In this document: positions 28,526 through 37,074 of the stretch, in pieces
Numbering within the stretch: the first letter of the stretch is position 1
Layout of the letters: every line of letters starts with the position of its first letter
DNA from: Flammeovirgaceae bacterium UBA2366
GTDB taxonomy: Bacteria; Bacteroidota; Bacteroidia; Cytophagales; Cyclobacteriaceae
DNA: 64,000 nt
Assembly: GCA_002344065.1 (NCBI GenBank)
Contig: DDTK01000011.1
Coordinates: 641,977 to 705,976, forward strand
Direction: 5' to 3'
The notes under the pieces: model-generated
The model's database searches: none
Seen by the model: the letters and a program-made list of their open reading frames with translations, nothing else
Told to the model about the DNA's origin: nothing
Translations under genes and position numbers: made by a program

Positions 28526-30004
28526 ATGAGGCACCATCATTTTAAATCGATCACATTGATCGCACTTATTCTCTTCAGTTCATTTGGACGAACTCTTAGT
28601 GCGCAACCTAATCCTTCATACAATAAGAAAATAGAGGAACGAATCGCACGGGTTGAACGAAGCCTTGGTGAGGCCATAAAAACCGATAATAACCCGATTC
28701 TTTTACAGGAACGTATGAAATTTTACAATGTGCCGGGGGTTAGTATTGCTGTTATTAAAGACTATAAACTTGAATGGGCCCGTGGTTATGGGTTTGCCGA
28801 CAAGGAGCAGTCTATACCAGTCACAACGCAAACATTGTTTCAGGCCGCCTCCATCAGTAAATCACTGAATGCTGTTGGTGTGTTAAAACTTGCACAAAAC
28901 GGAAAGGTTAATTTAGATGCAGACATAAACACGTACCTAAACACCTGGAAATTTCCCTACGATTCTGCCAAAGGAAAAAAGATCATTACCCTCAGGAACA
29001 TACTCAGCCATACAGCAGGTACTTCCGTGCATGGTTTTCGTGGTTATGCTGCAGGTGAAGAAATCCCAGGCATCACTCAAATTCTTAATGGGGAAAAACC
29101 AGCCAACAGTCAGCCTGTGCGCTCGCTTTTTGATGCCGGCACTAAATATCAGTATTCGGGAGGCGGAACAACCATTTCACAACTTGTGGTGATGGATGTT
29201 ACTCATCTGCCTTATGATCAGTACGCCCAGAAAAATGTTCTCGATCCATTAGGTATGAAAAGTAGTTTTTACACCATACCTTCTAAGGAACAAAAGTTAT
29301 CACTTCTTGCCACAGGCTACCGCTCGGATGGTAATCCAGTGAAGGGTCAATACCATGTATATCCGGAACAGGCGGCAGCATCATTGTGGACCAATCCTAT
29401 TGAACTGAGCAACTTCATCACTGAACTACAGCTTGCTTATGTGGGTAAATCTAAAAAAGTACTTTCAAAGGAGTGGGCCACCGCCATGATAACACCCGTT
29501 ATGAACGATGCTGCATTGGGAACATTCATCCGAACGGCAGGTGACGAAAAGTACTTCTCACATGGCGGAGCAAATGAAGGCTTTCGTTGCATCTACATCG
29601 GGAGTGTAGAGAACGGGAATGGTGCCGTGGTAATGGTGAACTCTGACAACGGCAATATTCTCCAGGAAATTCTTAACAGTATTGCAACCGTTTATAGCTG
29701 GAAGGATTTTTATAAACCTGAAATTCGCATTGTGGTGCAGATACCAGACGATGTACTCGACAGCTATGTTGGTGAATACGCGATCAGTGAACAATTCAAA
29801 ATTGCTATCAGGCGTAATGGAAAAGCGCTGAAGGCACAGGCCACCAATCAGCCTGAAGTTGATCTCTTTGCTGAAGCACAGAACAAGTTCTTCTTAAAAG
29901 TGACGCGTGCACAAATTGAGTTTGTAAAAGATGATAACAATGCCATCACCAAGTTGATTCTTCACCAAAATGGTCAGGCGATGGAAGGTATTCGCGTGAA
30001 GTAA
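28526..30004 (+). CDS. Serine hydrolase, beta-lactamase/PBP4* family, with an extra C-terminal domain
   Basis: 492 aa with a signal peptide, the SxxK motif (ASISKSL) and a YSGGG region. Confidence 0.85.
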   Translation: MRHHHFKSITLIALILFSSFGRTLSAQPNPSYNKKIEERIARVERSLGEAIKTDNNPILLQERMKFYNVPGVSIAVIKDYKLEWARGYGFADKEQSIPVTTQTLFQAASISKSLNAVGVLKLAQNGKVNLDADINTYLNTWKFPYDSAKGKKIITLRNILSHTAGTSVHGFRGYAAGEEIPGITQILNGEKPANSQPVRSLFDAGTKYQYSGGGTTISQLVVMDVTHLPYDQYAQKNVLDPLGMKSSFYTIPSKEQKLSLLATGYRSDGNPVKGQYHVYPEQAAASLWTNPIELSNFITELQLAYVGKSKKVLSKEWATAMITPVMNDAALGTFIRTAGDEKYFSHGGANEGFRCIYIGSVENGNGAVVMVNSDNGNILQEILNSIATVYSWKDFYKPEIRIVVQIPDDVLDSYVGEYAISEQFKIAIRRNGKALKAQATNQPEVDLFAEAQNKFFLKVTRAQIEFVKDDNNAITKLILHQNGQAMEGIRVK

Positions 30005-30018
30005 GAAATTGAAAGGAC

Positions 30019-30792
30019 TTAATTCCACCAACTTAGCGGCAGTGTTAACTCTCCAATGTTGTTAATCACCAGGTCGGGTTTAAAGGCATAGTTATTAAGG
30101 TCTTCTCTTTTAGAAATACCCGATAATACAAGAATGGTTTTATAGCCCATCTGTACGCCTCCGCGGATATCGGTTTCCATAGTATCACCGATCACGGTTG
30201 TATTCGCGGTCTCCAATCCAATAAACTTGCGCGCAGACCGCATCATTACCGGACTGGGCTTGCCGGTAACAAATGCTTTTTTTCCTGTAGCTTCTTCTAT
30301 CATAGCTGCCGTAGCTGCTATGCCCAAATTGTTCCAGCCTTTTTGTTTGGGTGAAGGGTCGCGGTTGGTGGCAATCAGTTTTGCACCTTCTAATATCATA
30401 TCCACGGCACGCTGCACCATCTCCAGCGTAAAATTTCTTCCCTCGCCCAGCACGACAAAGTCAGGTTCAGTATCTACCATCACCAAACCCTGATCATGCA
30501 AGCTGGATAACAATCCACCCTCTCCCAATACATACACAGTTCCTTTTGGTGCCTGACTTGAAATAAACGAAGCTGTGGCCATGGCGCTGGTGTAGATATG
30601 TTTTTCAGATACCACAATACCGAGGCGTTTCAGTTTGCGAACCACTTCCAGGCTGGTACGCTGACTGTTGTTGGTCATAAAGGTAAAAGGTATATCCTGC
30701 TTGACCAGATTGGTGATAAACGTATCGGCACCGGGTATCAATTTATCTCCACCATAGATCACACCATCCATGTCGATTAAAAGTCCATGCAT
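30019..30792 (-). CDS. HAD-IIA family sugar-phosphatase-like hydrolase (NagD-like)
   Basis: 257 aa with motif I LIDMDGV, TNNS, and the C-terminal GDTMETDI. Confidence 0.85.
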   Translation of the reverse strand: MHGLLIDMDGVIYGGDKLIPGADTFITNLVKQDIPFTFMTNNSQRTSLEVVRKLKRLGIVVSEKHIYTSAMATASFISSQAPKGTVYVLGEGGLLSSLHDQGLVMVDTEPDFVVLGEGRNFTLEMVQRAVDMILEGAKLIATNRDPSPKQKGWNNLGIAATAAMIEEATGKKAFVTGKPSPVMMRSARKFIGLETANTTVIGDTMETDIRGGVQMGYKTILVLSGISKREDLNNYAFKPDLVINNIGELTLPLSWWN

Positions 30793-30963
30793 ACAATAAA
30801 AATTTTTACGATGTAAGATACTTAATTATTGTGAGGAGTTGTGGAGTGGAGTCAACAGCAAAATAAGAATCACCAGACAGATCTTTCCGGAAGATCAATT
30901 CAATCGATTGAGAAGCGGTAGCTTAACCAAAAAGTAAAATAAAAATTATCTATCCCTTTCGGG

Positions 30964-31338
30964 TCAACTTCTTCTGAGATGATGCACAGTTAAAAGGGAA
31001 ACAATCAAAAACGGAATGGTTGAGAATACTATCCGGTAGTTTAATCCGATTATCCCGATCATAAACATAAAAATCAATAACACGGCAATGCCTGCCATGC
31101 CGGTATAGGTCAATACTTTACCCGGACGCTTTTGAAATAACGTAATGAGTAGTAGTGCCTGCCCCACTAACGGAAGTATAGTAAACGGGTGTACTGACGA
31201 AACGGGATCGATAAATAGTTTTGAAATCACTTCGGCCTCAGCCTGAAATAAAAAAACCGAATTGTCTTTACCCCATTCCAGGTAACCGAAAAGGGAGGTC
31301 ATTATGAGCAGGCCATTGAGTATTTTGCCTTTCATCAT
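30964..31338 (-). CDS. Small membrane protein (4 predicted TM segments)
   Basis: 124 aa, hydrophobic throughout. I recognise no family. Confidence 0.45.
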   Translation of the reverse strand: MMKGKILNGLLIMTSLFGYLEWGKDNSVFLFQAEAEVISKLFIDPVSSVHPFTILPLVGQALLLITLFQKRPGKVLTYTGMAGIAVLLIFMFMIGIIGLNYRIVFSTIPFLIVSLLTVHHLRRS

Positions 31339-31354
31339 TTGCCGGGCATTCAGG

Positions 31355-31777
31355 TTAGTCCTTATACTTCTTTTGTATGTACCGGATGGTCTCCTTCATC
31401 AGCTTTGTTAACTTCTGCTCATCAATATCTGAAAGCTTATTGATGTAAATACATGCCTTTCCCATTTTGTATTTGCCAAAGTCTGTTAGTAGATGTTCGT
31501 GTTCCTTTAGGCCGGTGAATACATACAGTGAAATAGCCGCCTTTCTTGGTGAAAATCCGATCAGCGGTGCTTCGCCCTCATGCCCACTTTCATATTTGTA
31601 ATGATACTTTCCAAAGCCAATAATACTTGGCCCCCACATCTTTGGTTTATGGCCTGAAATGTTTTGCATCAATTTTAACAACTCCAGGCTATCCTTTTTC
31701 TTTTGCTCGGTGTTGGCAAATTCATGAATAAAGTCAATGACATTTTTACTTGTTTCGGTGGTTTTATTCGTTGCCAT
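31355..31777 (-). CDS. DUF1801 (YdhG-like) domain protein
   Basis: 140 aa. The pattern ...MWGPSIIGFGKYHYKYESGHEGE...ISLYV... is typical of DUF1801. Confidence 0.6.
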   Translation of the reverse strand: MATNKTTETSKNVIDFIHEFANTEQKKKDSLELLKLMQNISGHKPKMWGPSIIGFGKYHYKYESGHEGEAPLIGFSPRKAAISLYVFTGLKEHEHLLTDFGKYKMGKACIYINKLSDIDEQKLTKLMKETIRYIQKKYKD

Positions 31778-31838
31778 TTCTTTTGCGAATTAAAATTATT
31801 GCTGATGGTACTTTTTAAAACTTATTGGCATTGAAGAA

Positions 31839-32795
31839 TTATTTCAATTTCTCCAAAAATACGGGAGCCAACTGCGATTTGTAGGTTGAATCAGTAAGCT
31901 GCTTCACTTCCTTAGTTTCCCAGTTCAATAAGAAAATATCATATCGACTTTCGGCTGCATCCGAACCGTTATACGTAAGCCATTTACCATCTGAACTCCA
32001 GTCGTGCCAGCCTTCTGATTTTGGATTATCAACTAATTTCCATTGCCTTGTCCCATCCGGGGTTATAGCAAAAATGCTGTTCTTTCCATCCTGTTTTGAA
32101 ACATAAGATATAAAATTTTCTGTAGGATGCCATTTCGCAGAACCTGCTTTGTAACCGTATTCTTTTGCCGATGGATTATCCATCGGATAATGTGTAAGTT
32201 GACGCATATTGGATCCATCAGCATTCATCAGGTATAATTCTTCTGGTGTCTCGCGGTCACGCTTGTTCTTTTTATAACTAACAACAATCTGCTTACCATC
32301 CGGAGAAAAGCATGGATCGCGGTAAAAGGCCGCTGTATCATTGGTAAGTTGCTTATACGTTCCATCTTCCGTATTCACAATAAAAAGTTGAAGGCGAGTA
32401 TACCGATCTGGCCGCGCTGATACCACCATCTCTTTACCATTATTTCGACTGCTCATCCAACTGTCTTCCAGACGAAGGTCACTGACTTTTCGAACGTTGT
32501 TGCCATCCGTATCGGTTTCATACAAGAAAAAATGACGATAAGCTGTATCGCGATCACTGATAAAAAACAAGCGATCTTTATAGGCGTAATATGTCCATGC
32601 CACATCATCGTTGTTGATGATGTTTTTCTTTCCTGATCCATCAAAGTTCATATGGATAATTTCCCAATCATCCTTTGTAGTATCTGGAATGTGAATGTTA
32701 TAGGCAATGGTGTACAGTTTTTCATTTCCCGTACCCTTAGGTTTGCAGGCACTGATAACCAAGATGGCAAGAGCCATAAAAACAAGGTATTTCAT
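31839..32795 (-). CDS. TolB-like / PD40 beta-propeller lipoprotein
   Basis: Repeated PD40-like units (FSPDGKQIV, WHPTENFISYVS, WSSDGKWLTYN). The preferred start is the ATG at 32795 (MKYLVFMALAILVISAC lipobox); the track start at 32822 is also possible. Confidence 0.7.
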   Translation of the reverse strand: MKYLVFMALAILVISACKPKGTGNEKLYTIAYNIHIPDTTKDDWEIIHMNFDGSGKKNIINNDDVAWTYYAYKDRLFFISDRDTAYRHFFLYETDTDGNNVRKVSDLRLEDSWMSSRNNGKEMVVSARPDRYTRLQLFIVNTEDGTYKQLTNDTAAFYRDPCFSPDGKQIVVSYKKNKRDRETPEELYLMNADGSNMRQLTHYPMDNPSAKEYGYKAGSAKWHPTENFISYVSKQDGKNSIFAITPDGTRQWKLVDNPKSEGWHDWSSDGKWLTYNGSDAAESRYDIFLLNWETKEVKQLTDSTYKSQLAPVFLEKLK

Positions 32796-32843
32796 ACAAG
32801 AGTTGGAAATTGGTTTAAACACCTAAAGTACTCAATTTATCTA

Positions 32844-35495
32844 CTACTTATAAGCTACCGACATCTTTAGAATACGATCCTTCAACTGTTCACTGGTGAG
32901 TTTATCACGGCTAAGCCTGTCAACCATAATCGGAAAAGCAAAGGGCGTGGGCTTCTCTGGTCGCATCATGATTATTTTTTGATGGTTGATGCGGTCAAGG
33001 GCTTTACGCAACCGTGCTTCTTCCAGTTGAAAATCCATTACCTCTTCATACGCTTGCCGGAATAATAAATTATGCGCTTCATATTCGTGAAACACTTCAA
33101 AAAAAAGTTGGGAGGAAGATTGCAGGTGTCGGTCTTTTATCGGTTTACCCGGATAACCTTTAAACACCAATCCGGCAATGGAAGCTATGTCACGAAATTT
33201 TCTGCGGGCCATTTCGGTCGAGTTTATGCTGGACTGAATGTCCTTCATCAGTTCTTCGGTACCCAGCACGTTGGTTTCCACGGCTTCTTCAATCGGAATT
33301 TCCTGGTCGCTTAAAAGTTCAAAACCATAATCGTTCATAGCAATGGAAAAGGTGATGGGCTTGATCTTCGCGATGCGATACGCCACCAGCGCGGCCATGC
33401 CTTCATGCACGGCCCGACCTTCAAACGGGTACATCACCACATGGTGTCCTTCACCAGTTTCAAAATACTCAATAAGAAAATCACGTTTGCCCGGCAGGTG
33501 CGATCGCGACTTCTGTAAATCAAACAGAGGTTTTAAAAACGTAAGCTCTTCATCGTGCTCGTTTCCTTCCACTACTTCGTTAAGCTTATTACGAATGAGC
33601 TCGCTCAGTTGCGAGGATAAGGGCATCCTTCCACCCTGCCACGAAGGCACCAACCCCGATTTGCGTTTGCTTTTGCGCACCTGTGCTTCCATATCTTTTA
33701 TGCGCACCAGTTCCAGCACCTGGCCGGCAAACCAAAACGTATCCCCCGGATTTAACCGCGAAATAAAATACTCTTCAATGGTGCCCAGGTATTTTCCGGT
33801 AACGTACTTCACATGAAGTGATGTGTCGCCCACAATGGTGCCGATGGAAAGCCGGTGGCGTTGGGCAATCCTCCGGTCTTCTACTTTATAACGTCCATCT
33901 TTTTCAATAATCACTTTGCGGTATTCATCATAAGCCTGCAATGAGTCGCCACCGGTGGTAATAAAGTTGAGCATCCACTCCCACTCTTCATCGCTGATGC
34001 TGTTATAACTGAAGGTCGACCGGATCTCCTTTAAAATTTCATCGGGATAAAAACCATCCGACACGGCCAGCGTAACCAGGTATTGCATCAGCACATCAAA
34101 CGAGCGGATGTAGGGAATACGCTCCTCCACAATTCCTTTATCGATTGCTTCGCGCAATGCTGCGGCTTCCATCAACTCCAACGAATGTGTAGGAACAAAA
34201 TAAATCCGGCTCACGGCACCCGGCTGGTGACCACTGCGACCGGCACGCTGCAAGAAACGGGCAACACCTTTCGGACTGCCTACCTGTATTACTGTTTCCA
34301 CCGGACGGAAGTCGACCCCTAAATCCAAACTGGAAGTGCACACCACAGCTTTTAACTTACCATCATATAGTTGATCTTCCACCCAGTTGCGCATCTCTTT
34401 ACTGATTGACCCATGATGCATGGCGATAAGCCCTGAAAGCTCAGGTGCTTTGTCCAGCATTTTCTGATACCAAATCTCTGCGAAAGAACGTGTGTTGGTG
34501 AAGATGAGTGTGCTGGTGCTGCCCTTTACAATTTCTATCACCTTATCAAGCAATTGAATACCCAGGTGTCCCGCCCAGGGCATGGTTTCTACGGAGTCGG
34601 GCAAAACCGAAATGACTTCAACCTGCTTTTTGATGTCAGCTTTAATAAATATGGCGTCATTGCGAGAGAGTCCCGATGATAATTGGGACGACCGAAGCAA
34701 TCCCATTTCAGTTAAACCCATTCGGGATTGCTTCGCCCCGCTTTGTTGCGGGACTCGCAATGACGACTCCGAAGTGATTGATTCACCTACCAATATCTCA
34801 ATTGCCTGCTCCATATTGCCGATGGTTGCTGAAATACCCCATACTTTTAGTTGTGATGTTATCGTTCGTAAACGGGAGAGCGCCAACTCTACCTGCACCC
34901 CGCGTTTTGAGCCCATCAACTCGTGCCACTCATCGGCTACCACTACTTTCAACTCTTTAAAAAAATCAACGTAGTTTTTTTGGGCCAGCAGCAGGTGCAG
35001 ACTTTCAGGTGTGATAATGAGAAACTCCGGAGGTTTTGATTTCTGACGTTCACGATCTTTTGTAGAAGTATCACCCGACCGCACGCCTACTTTCCAGTTT
35101 AAGCCCAATCCTTCGATGGCACGGTTGGCCGAAAGTTCTATTTCTTTGGAAAGCGCCCGGATGGGTGTAATCCACAAAGCCTGTAAGCCCTGATTTCTTT
35201 TGGATAATTGATCAGGGTGGTCCCGTATAAACTCAAGCAGAATGGGTAATAATAAGGAGTACGTTTTACCACTTCCTGTAGGAGCATTTATTAGCCCACT
35301 TTTGCCTGCCAGGTAGGCTTGCCATGCCTCTCGCTGAAACGCAAAAGGCGTCCAGCCTTTCTGTTGAAACCAGTCTTCAGCAGGTTTTATGGTAGGTGTG
35401 CTTTTCACAGGCGGGAAGTTATCATGAAAAGCTATACTATTGAATTTTACACCGGCCTGGTTTGAATCAATCCCAAAACCAACTTGGTGAAACAT
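32844..35495 (-). CDS. lhr: Lhr-like DEXH-box helicase of the 'ligase-associated DNA damage response' type
   Basis: Motif I NAPTGSGKT, motif II VVADEWHE, motif III SAT, motif VI QRAGRSGH, and a long Lhr-type C-terminal domain. The start is set to the ATG at 35495. The 98 codons upstream in the track ORF overlap the divergent carH-like gene and show no helicase features. Confidence 0.85.
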   Translation of the reverse strand: MFHQVGFGIDSNQAGVKFNSIAFHDNFPPVKSTPTIKPAEDWFQQKGWTPFAFQREAWQAYLAGKSGLINAPTGSGKTYSLLLPILLEFIRDHPDQLSKRNQGLQALWITPIRALSKEIELSANRAIEGLGLNWKVGVRSGDTSTKDRERQKSKPPEFLIITPESLHLLLAQKNYVDFFKELKVVVADEWHELMGSKRGVQVELALSRLRTITSQLKVWGISATIGNMEQAIEILVGESITSESSLRVPQQSGAKQSRMGLTEMGLLRSSQLSSGLSRNDAIFIKADIKKQVEVISVLPDSVETMPWAGHLGIQLLDKVIEIVKGSTSTLIFTNTRSFAEIWYQKMLDKAPELSGLIAMHHGSISKEMRNWVEDQLYDGKLKAVVCTSSLDLGVDFRPVETVIQVGSPKGVARFLQRAGRSGHQPGAVSRIYFVPTHSLELMEAAALREAIDKGIVEERIPYIRSFDVLMQYLVTLAVSDGFYPDEILKEIRSTFSYNSISDEEWEWMLNFITTGGDSLQAYDEYRKVIIEKDGRYKVEDRRIAQRHRLSIGTIVGDTSLHVKYVTGKYLGTIEEYFISRLNPGDTFWFAGQVLELVRIKDMEAQVRKSKRKSGLVPSWQGGRMPLSSQLSELIRNKLNEVVEGNEHDEELTFLKPLFDLQKSRSHLPGKRDFLIEYFETGEGHHVVMYPFEGRAVHEGMAALVAYRIAKIKPITFSIAMNDYGFELLSDQEIPIEEAVETNVLGTEELMKDIQSSINSTEMARRKFRDIASIAGLVFKGYPGKPIKDRHLQSSSQLFFEVFHEYEAHNLLFRQAYEEVMDFQLEEARLRKALDRINHQKIIMMRPEKPTPFAFPIMVDRLSRDKLTSEQLKDRILKMSVAYK
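34655..34765. repeat. Nested palindromic repeat element (111 bp) lying in frame inside the helicase CDS
   Basis: Outer arms CGTCATTGCGAG (34655-34666) / CTCGCAATGACG (34754-34765). Second tier GAGTCCCG / CGGGACTC. Inner arms CGAAGCAATCCC (34693-34704) / GGGATTGCTTCG (34724-34735). It translates as SLRVPQQSGAKQSRMGLTEMGLLRSSQLSSGLSRND, the peptide signature of a widespread Bacteroidota intergenic repeat family. Confidence 0.75.
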
Positions 35496-35513
35496 TATTT
35501 GGGTATCTCTGTT

Positions 35514-35521
35514 TACATTTG
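35514..35521 (+). promoter_or_regulatory. Candidate Bacteroidota -7 box (TACATTTG) for the carH-like gene
   Basis: Matches TAnnTTTG 17 nt upstream of the ATG at 35538. I found no well-spaced -33 TTG. Confidence 0.3.
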
Positions 35522-35537
35522 AAAACCGATCTGATCC

Positions 35538-36416
35538 ATGGGCCAGTACTCTATTAAAGAACTCGAAAAGCTTTCCGGCATAAAAGCCCACACCATACGC
35601 ATCTGGGAAAAGCGGCACCACATTGTTGAGCCCCAACGCACCGATACCAACATCAGGCTGTACTCCGATGCAGATTTGAAGAAGATTATCAATGTTTCCC
35701 TGCTCAACACCAACGGGATCAAAATCTCCCACATTGCCGACATGACGCTGGAGGAAATAAACGGCAAAATCCTCGAGCTCAGCGAGCATAATACCGATAC
35801 GGTAATTTTCATAGACCAGTTAATTGTAGCCATGGTTGACCTTGACGAAGGGAAATTTGAAAAGCTTTTATCGGGTTTAATACTTCGCTTTGGCTTTGAG
35901 CGAACAGTTGTCGAAATAATTTACCCCTTCATGGAAAAAATTGGGGTACTGTGGCAAACCGAAAATGTTACCCCGGCACAGGAACACTTTATTTCCCATC
36001 TGATCAGACAAAAACTGATTGTAGCCATTGACGGATTATCCGTAATTCCAACCATACCAAAACGGGTATTACTTTACTTGCCTGAAAATGAATGGCATGA
36101 GTTAGGTCTCCTGTTCTACCATTACATTGTGCGCAAGGCAGGCTATAAAACTATTTACCTAGGACAGAGTGTGCCCTTCAAAGACGTAATCAGTGTTTCA
36201 GAAGCGCAACAACCTGATATTATTATTACGAGTATAATCAGCTCTCCTTTCGGAACAAAGGTGGAAGAATACCTCAGACAGCTGGCTACTGCCTTCCCAG
36301 CCAAGAAAGTTCTTGTTTCGGGGTATCAAACCAGGCATCTGGAAAAAAATAATTTCAAAAACATTGAGATTTTCCGAAACGTGCTGGATCTCAAGCAATT
36401 GTTATCTATTTCTTAA
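35538..36416 (+). CDS. carH: CarH/LitR-type MerR-family regulator with a B12-binding photoreceptor domain
   Basis: N-terminal MerR helix-turn-helix (YSIKELEKLSGIKAHTIRIWEKR). The Wx9EH motif is read directly (W-QTENVTPAQ-EH). The cobalamin lower-ligand motif ExHxxG (EWHELG) is followed about 41 residues later by S-I-I. The gene sits upstream of carotenoid genes. Confidence 0.85.
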   Translation: MGQYSIKELEKLSGIKAHTIRIWEKRHHIVEPQRTDTNIRLYSDADLKKIINVSLLNTNGIKISHIADMTLEEINGKILELSEHNTDTVIFIDQLIVAMVDLDEGKFEKLLSGLILRFGFERTVVEIIYPFMEKIGVLWQTENVTPAQEHFISHLIRQKLIVAIDGLSVIPTIPKRVLLYLPENEWHELGLLFYHYIVRKAGYKTIYLGQSVPFKDVISVSEAQQPDIIITSIISSPFGTKVEEYLRQLATAFPAKKVLVSGYQTRHLEKNNFKNIEIFRNVLDLKQLLSIS

Positions 36417-36423
36417 AGTATTT

Positions 36424-36516
36424 TTGTTTAACTGAAAATGAATTTATTTAAACAATTTTACTCTAATTAGCGTATATATCTTGTTTTTGTTAAACTTTTA
36501 ACTAATTTTGTTAAAC
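36424..36516 (+). promoter_or_regulatory. Cluster of TTGTT(T)AAAC-type repeats; candidate CarH/LitR operator
   Basis: TTTGTTAAAC occurs at 36486-36495 and 36507-36516 (21 bp apart), with a degenerate TTTTTAAC between them. TTGTTTAAC (36424-36432) and the inverted TTTAAACAA (~36447-36455) lie further upstream. Confidence 0.35.
36481..36510 (+). promoter_or_regulatory. Candidate Bacteroidota sigmaA-type promoter (-33 TTG, -7 TAATTTTG) for the sigma/crt operon
   Basis: TTG at 36481-36483, a 19-nt spacer, then TAATTTTG at 36503-36510 (TAnnTTTG consensus). The ATG is at 36531. Confidence 0.4.
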
Positions 36517-36530
36517 AAACAGCAAGAGCC

Positions 36531-37031
36531 ATGACAGCACTAGAATTCGATTATCAGATTGCCAGCCTGCGCCCCACATTAAAAACTTTCACCCGCAGAT
36601 TCACCAATGACAGAGAAGAGTCGCACGACCTGGTGCAGGACACCATTCTCAAGGCGCTCACGTACCGCACCAAGTTTCGTGAAAATACTAACCTTAAAGG
36701 GTGGCTCTTCACTATTATGCGTAACACGTTCATCAATAACTACCGGAAAAATCAGCGTGCCAAAACATCGCATGACGATACTAAAGAGTTGTACTTCCTG
36801 AACGTGGAAGACACGCACACCTTTAACTCCCCGGGATCAAACTTCGAGTATAAAGACATCTGGAACCAGGTGAACAGCTTACGCGATGAATTGCTTGTGC
36901 CGTTTAAGATGCACACCTCTGGTTACAAGTATCATGAGATTGCCGAACACCTCAACATACCGATTGGCACGGTGAAGAATCGGATTTTTCATGCACGTAA
37001 AGAAATACAAGGTAAGTTGGCCGGATATTGA
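36531..37031 (+). CDS. ECF-type RNA polymerase sigma-70 family factor (LitS/CarQ-like by context)
   Basis: 166 aa with region 2 (DLVQDTILKAL...GWLFTIMRNTFINNYRK) and region 4 (YKYHEIAEHLNIPIGTVKNRIFHARKEI). Confidence 0.85.
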   Translation: MTALEFDYQIASLRPTLKTFTRRFTNDREESHDLVQDTILKALTYRTKFRENTNLKGWLFTIMRNTFINNYRKNQRAKTSHDDTKELYFLNVEDTHTFNSPGSNFEYKDIWNQVNSLRDELLVPFKMHTSGYKYHEIAEHLNIPIGTVKNRIFHARKEIQGKLAGY

Positions 37032-37074
37032 TTATCTTGAATAGCTGAAAAAAAGATTTGGCCGGTAAAATCAC

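Noticed and set aside
17698-32843. The 15-kb segment between pdeM and lhr as a mobile genomic island
   Set aside because: I could see no integrase, transposase, tRNA target, flanking direct repeats or phage/conjugation genes. The gene content is ordinary housekeeping/accessory metabolism. It is kept only as a synteny question.
33343-33816. 157-aa ORF antisense to the helicase, plus similar long shadow ORFs at 2724-3227, 8916-9287, 34582-34974, 52799-53221, 54034-54420 and 57616-57972
   Set aside because: All lie wholly inside, and opposite to, long ORFs with clear family motifs. Their compositions are low-complexity or Ser/Arg/Cys-rich, as is typical of antisense frames.
35496-35789. N-terminal 98 codons of the 981-aa track ORF for the helicase
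   Set aside because: This stretch overlaps the oppositely oriented carH-like gene, which has strong MerR/B12 motifs, and shows no helicase-like sequence. An ATG at 35495 lies just upstream of the conserved N-terminal region. The extension is treated as a non-coding frame artefact.
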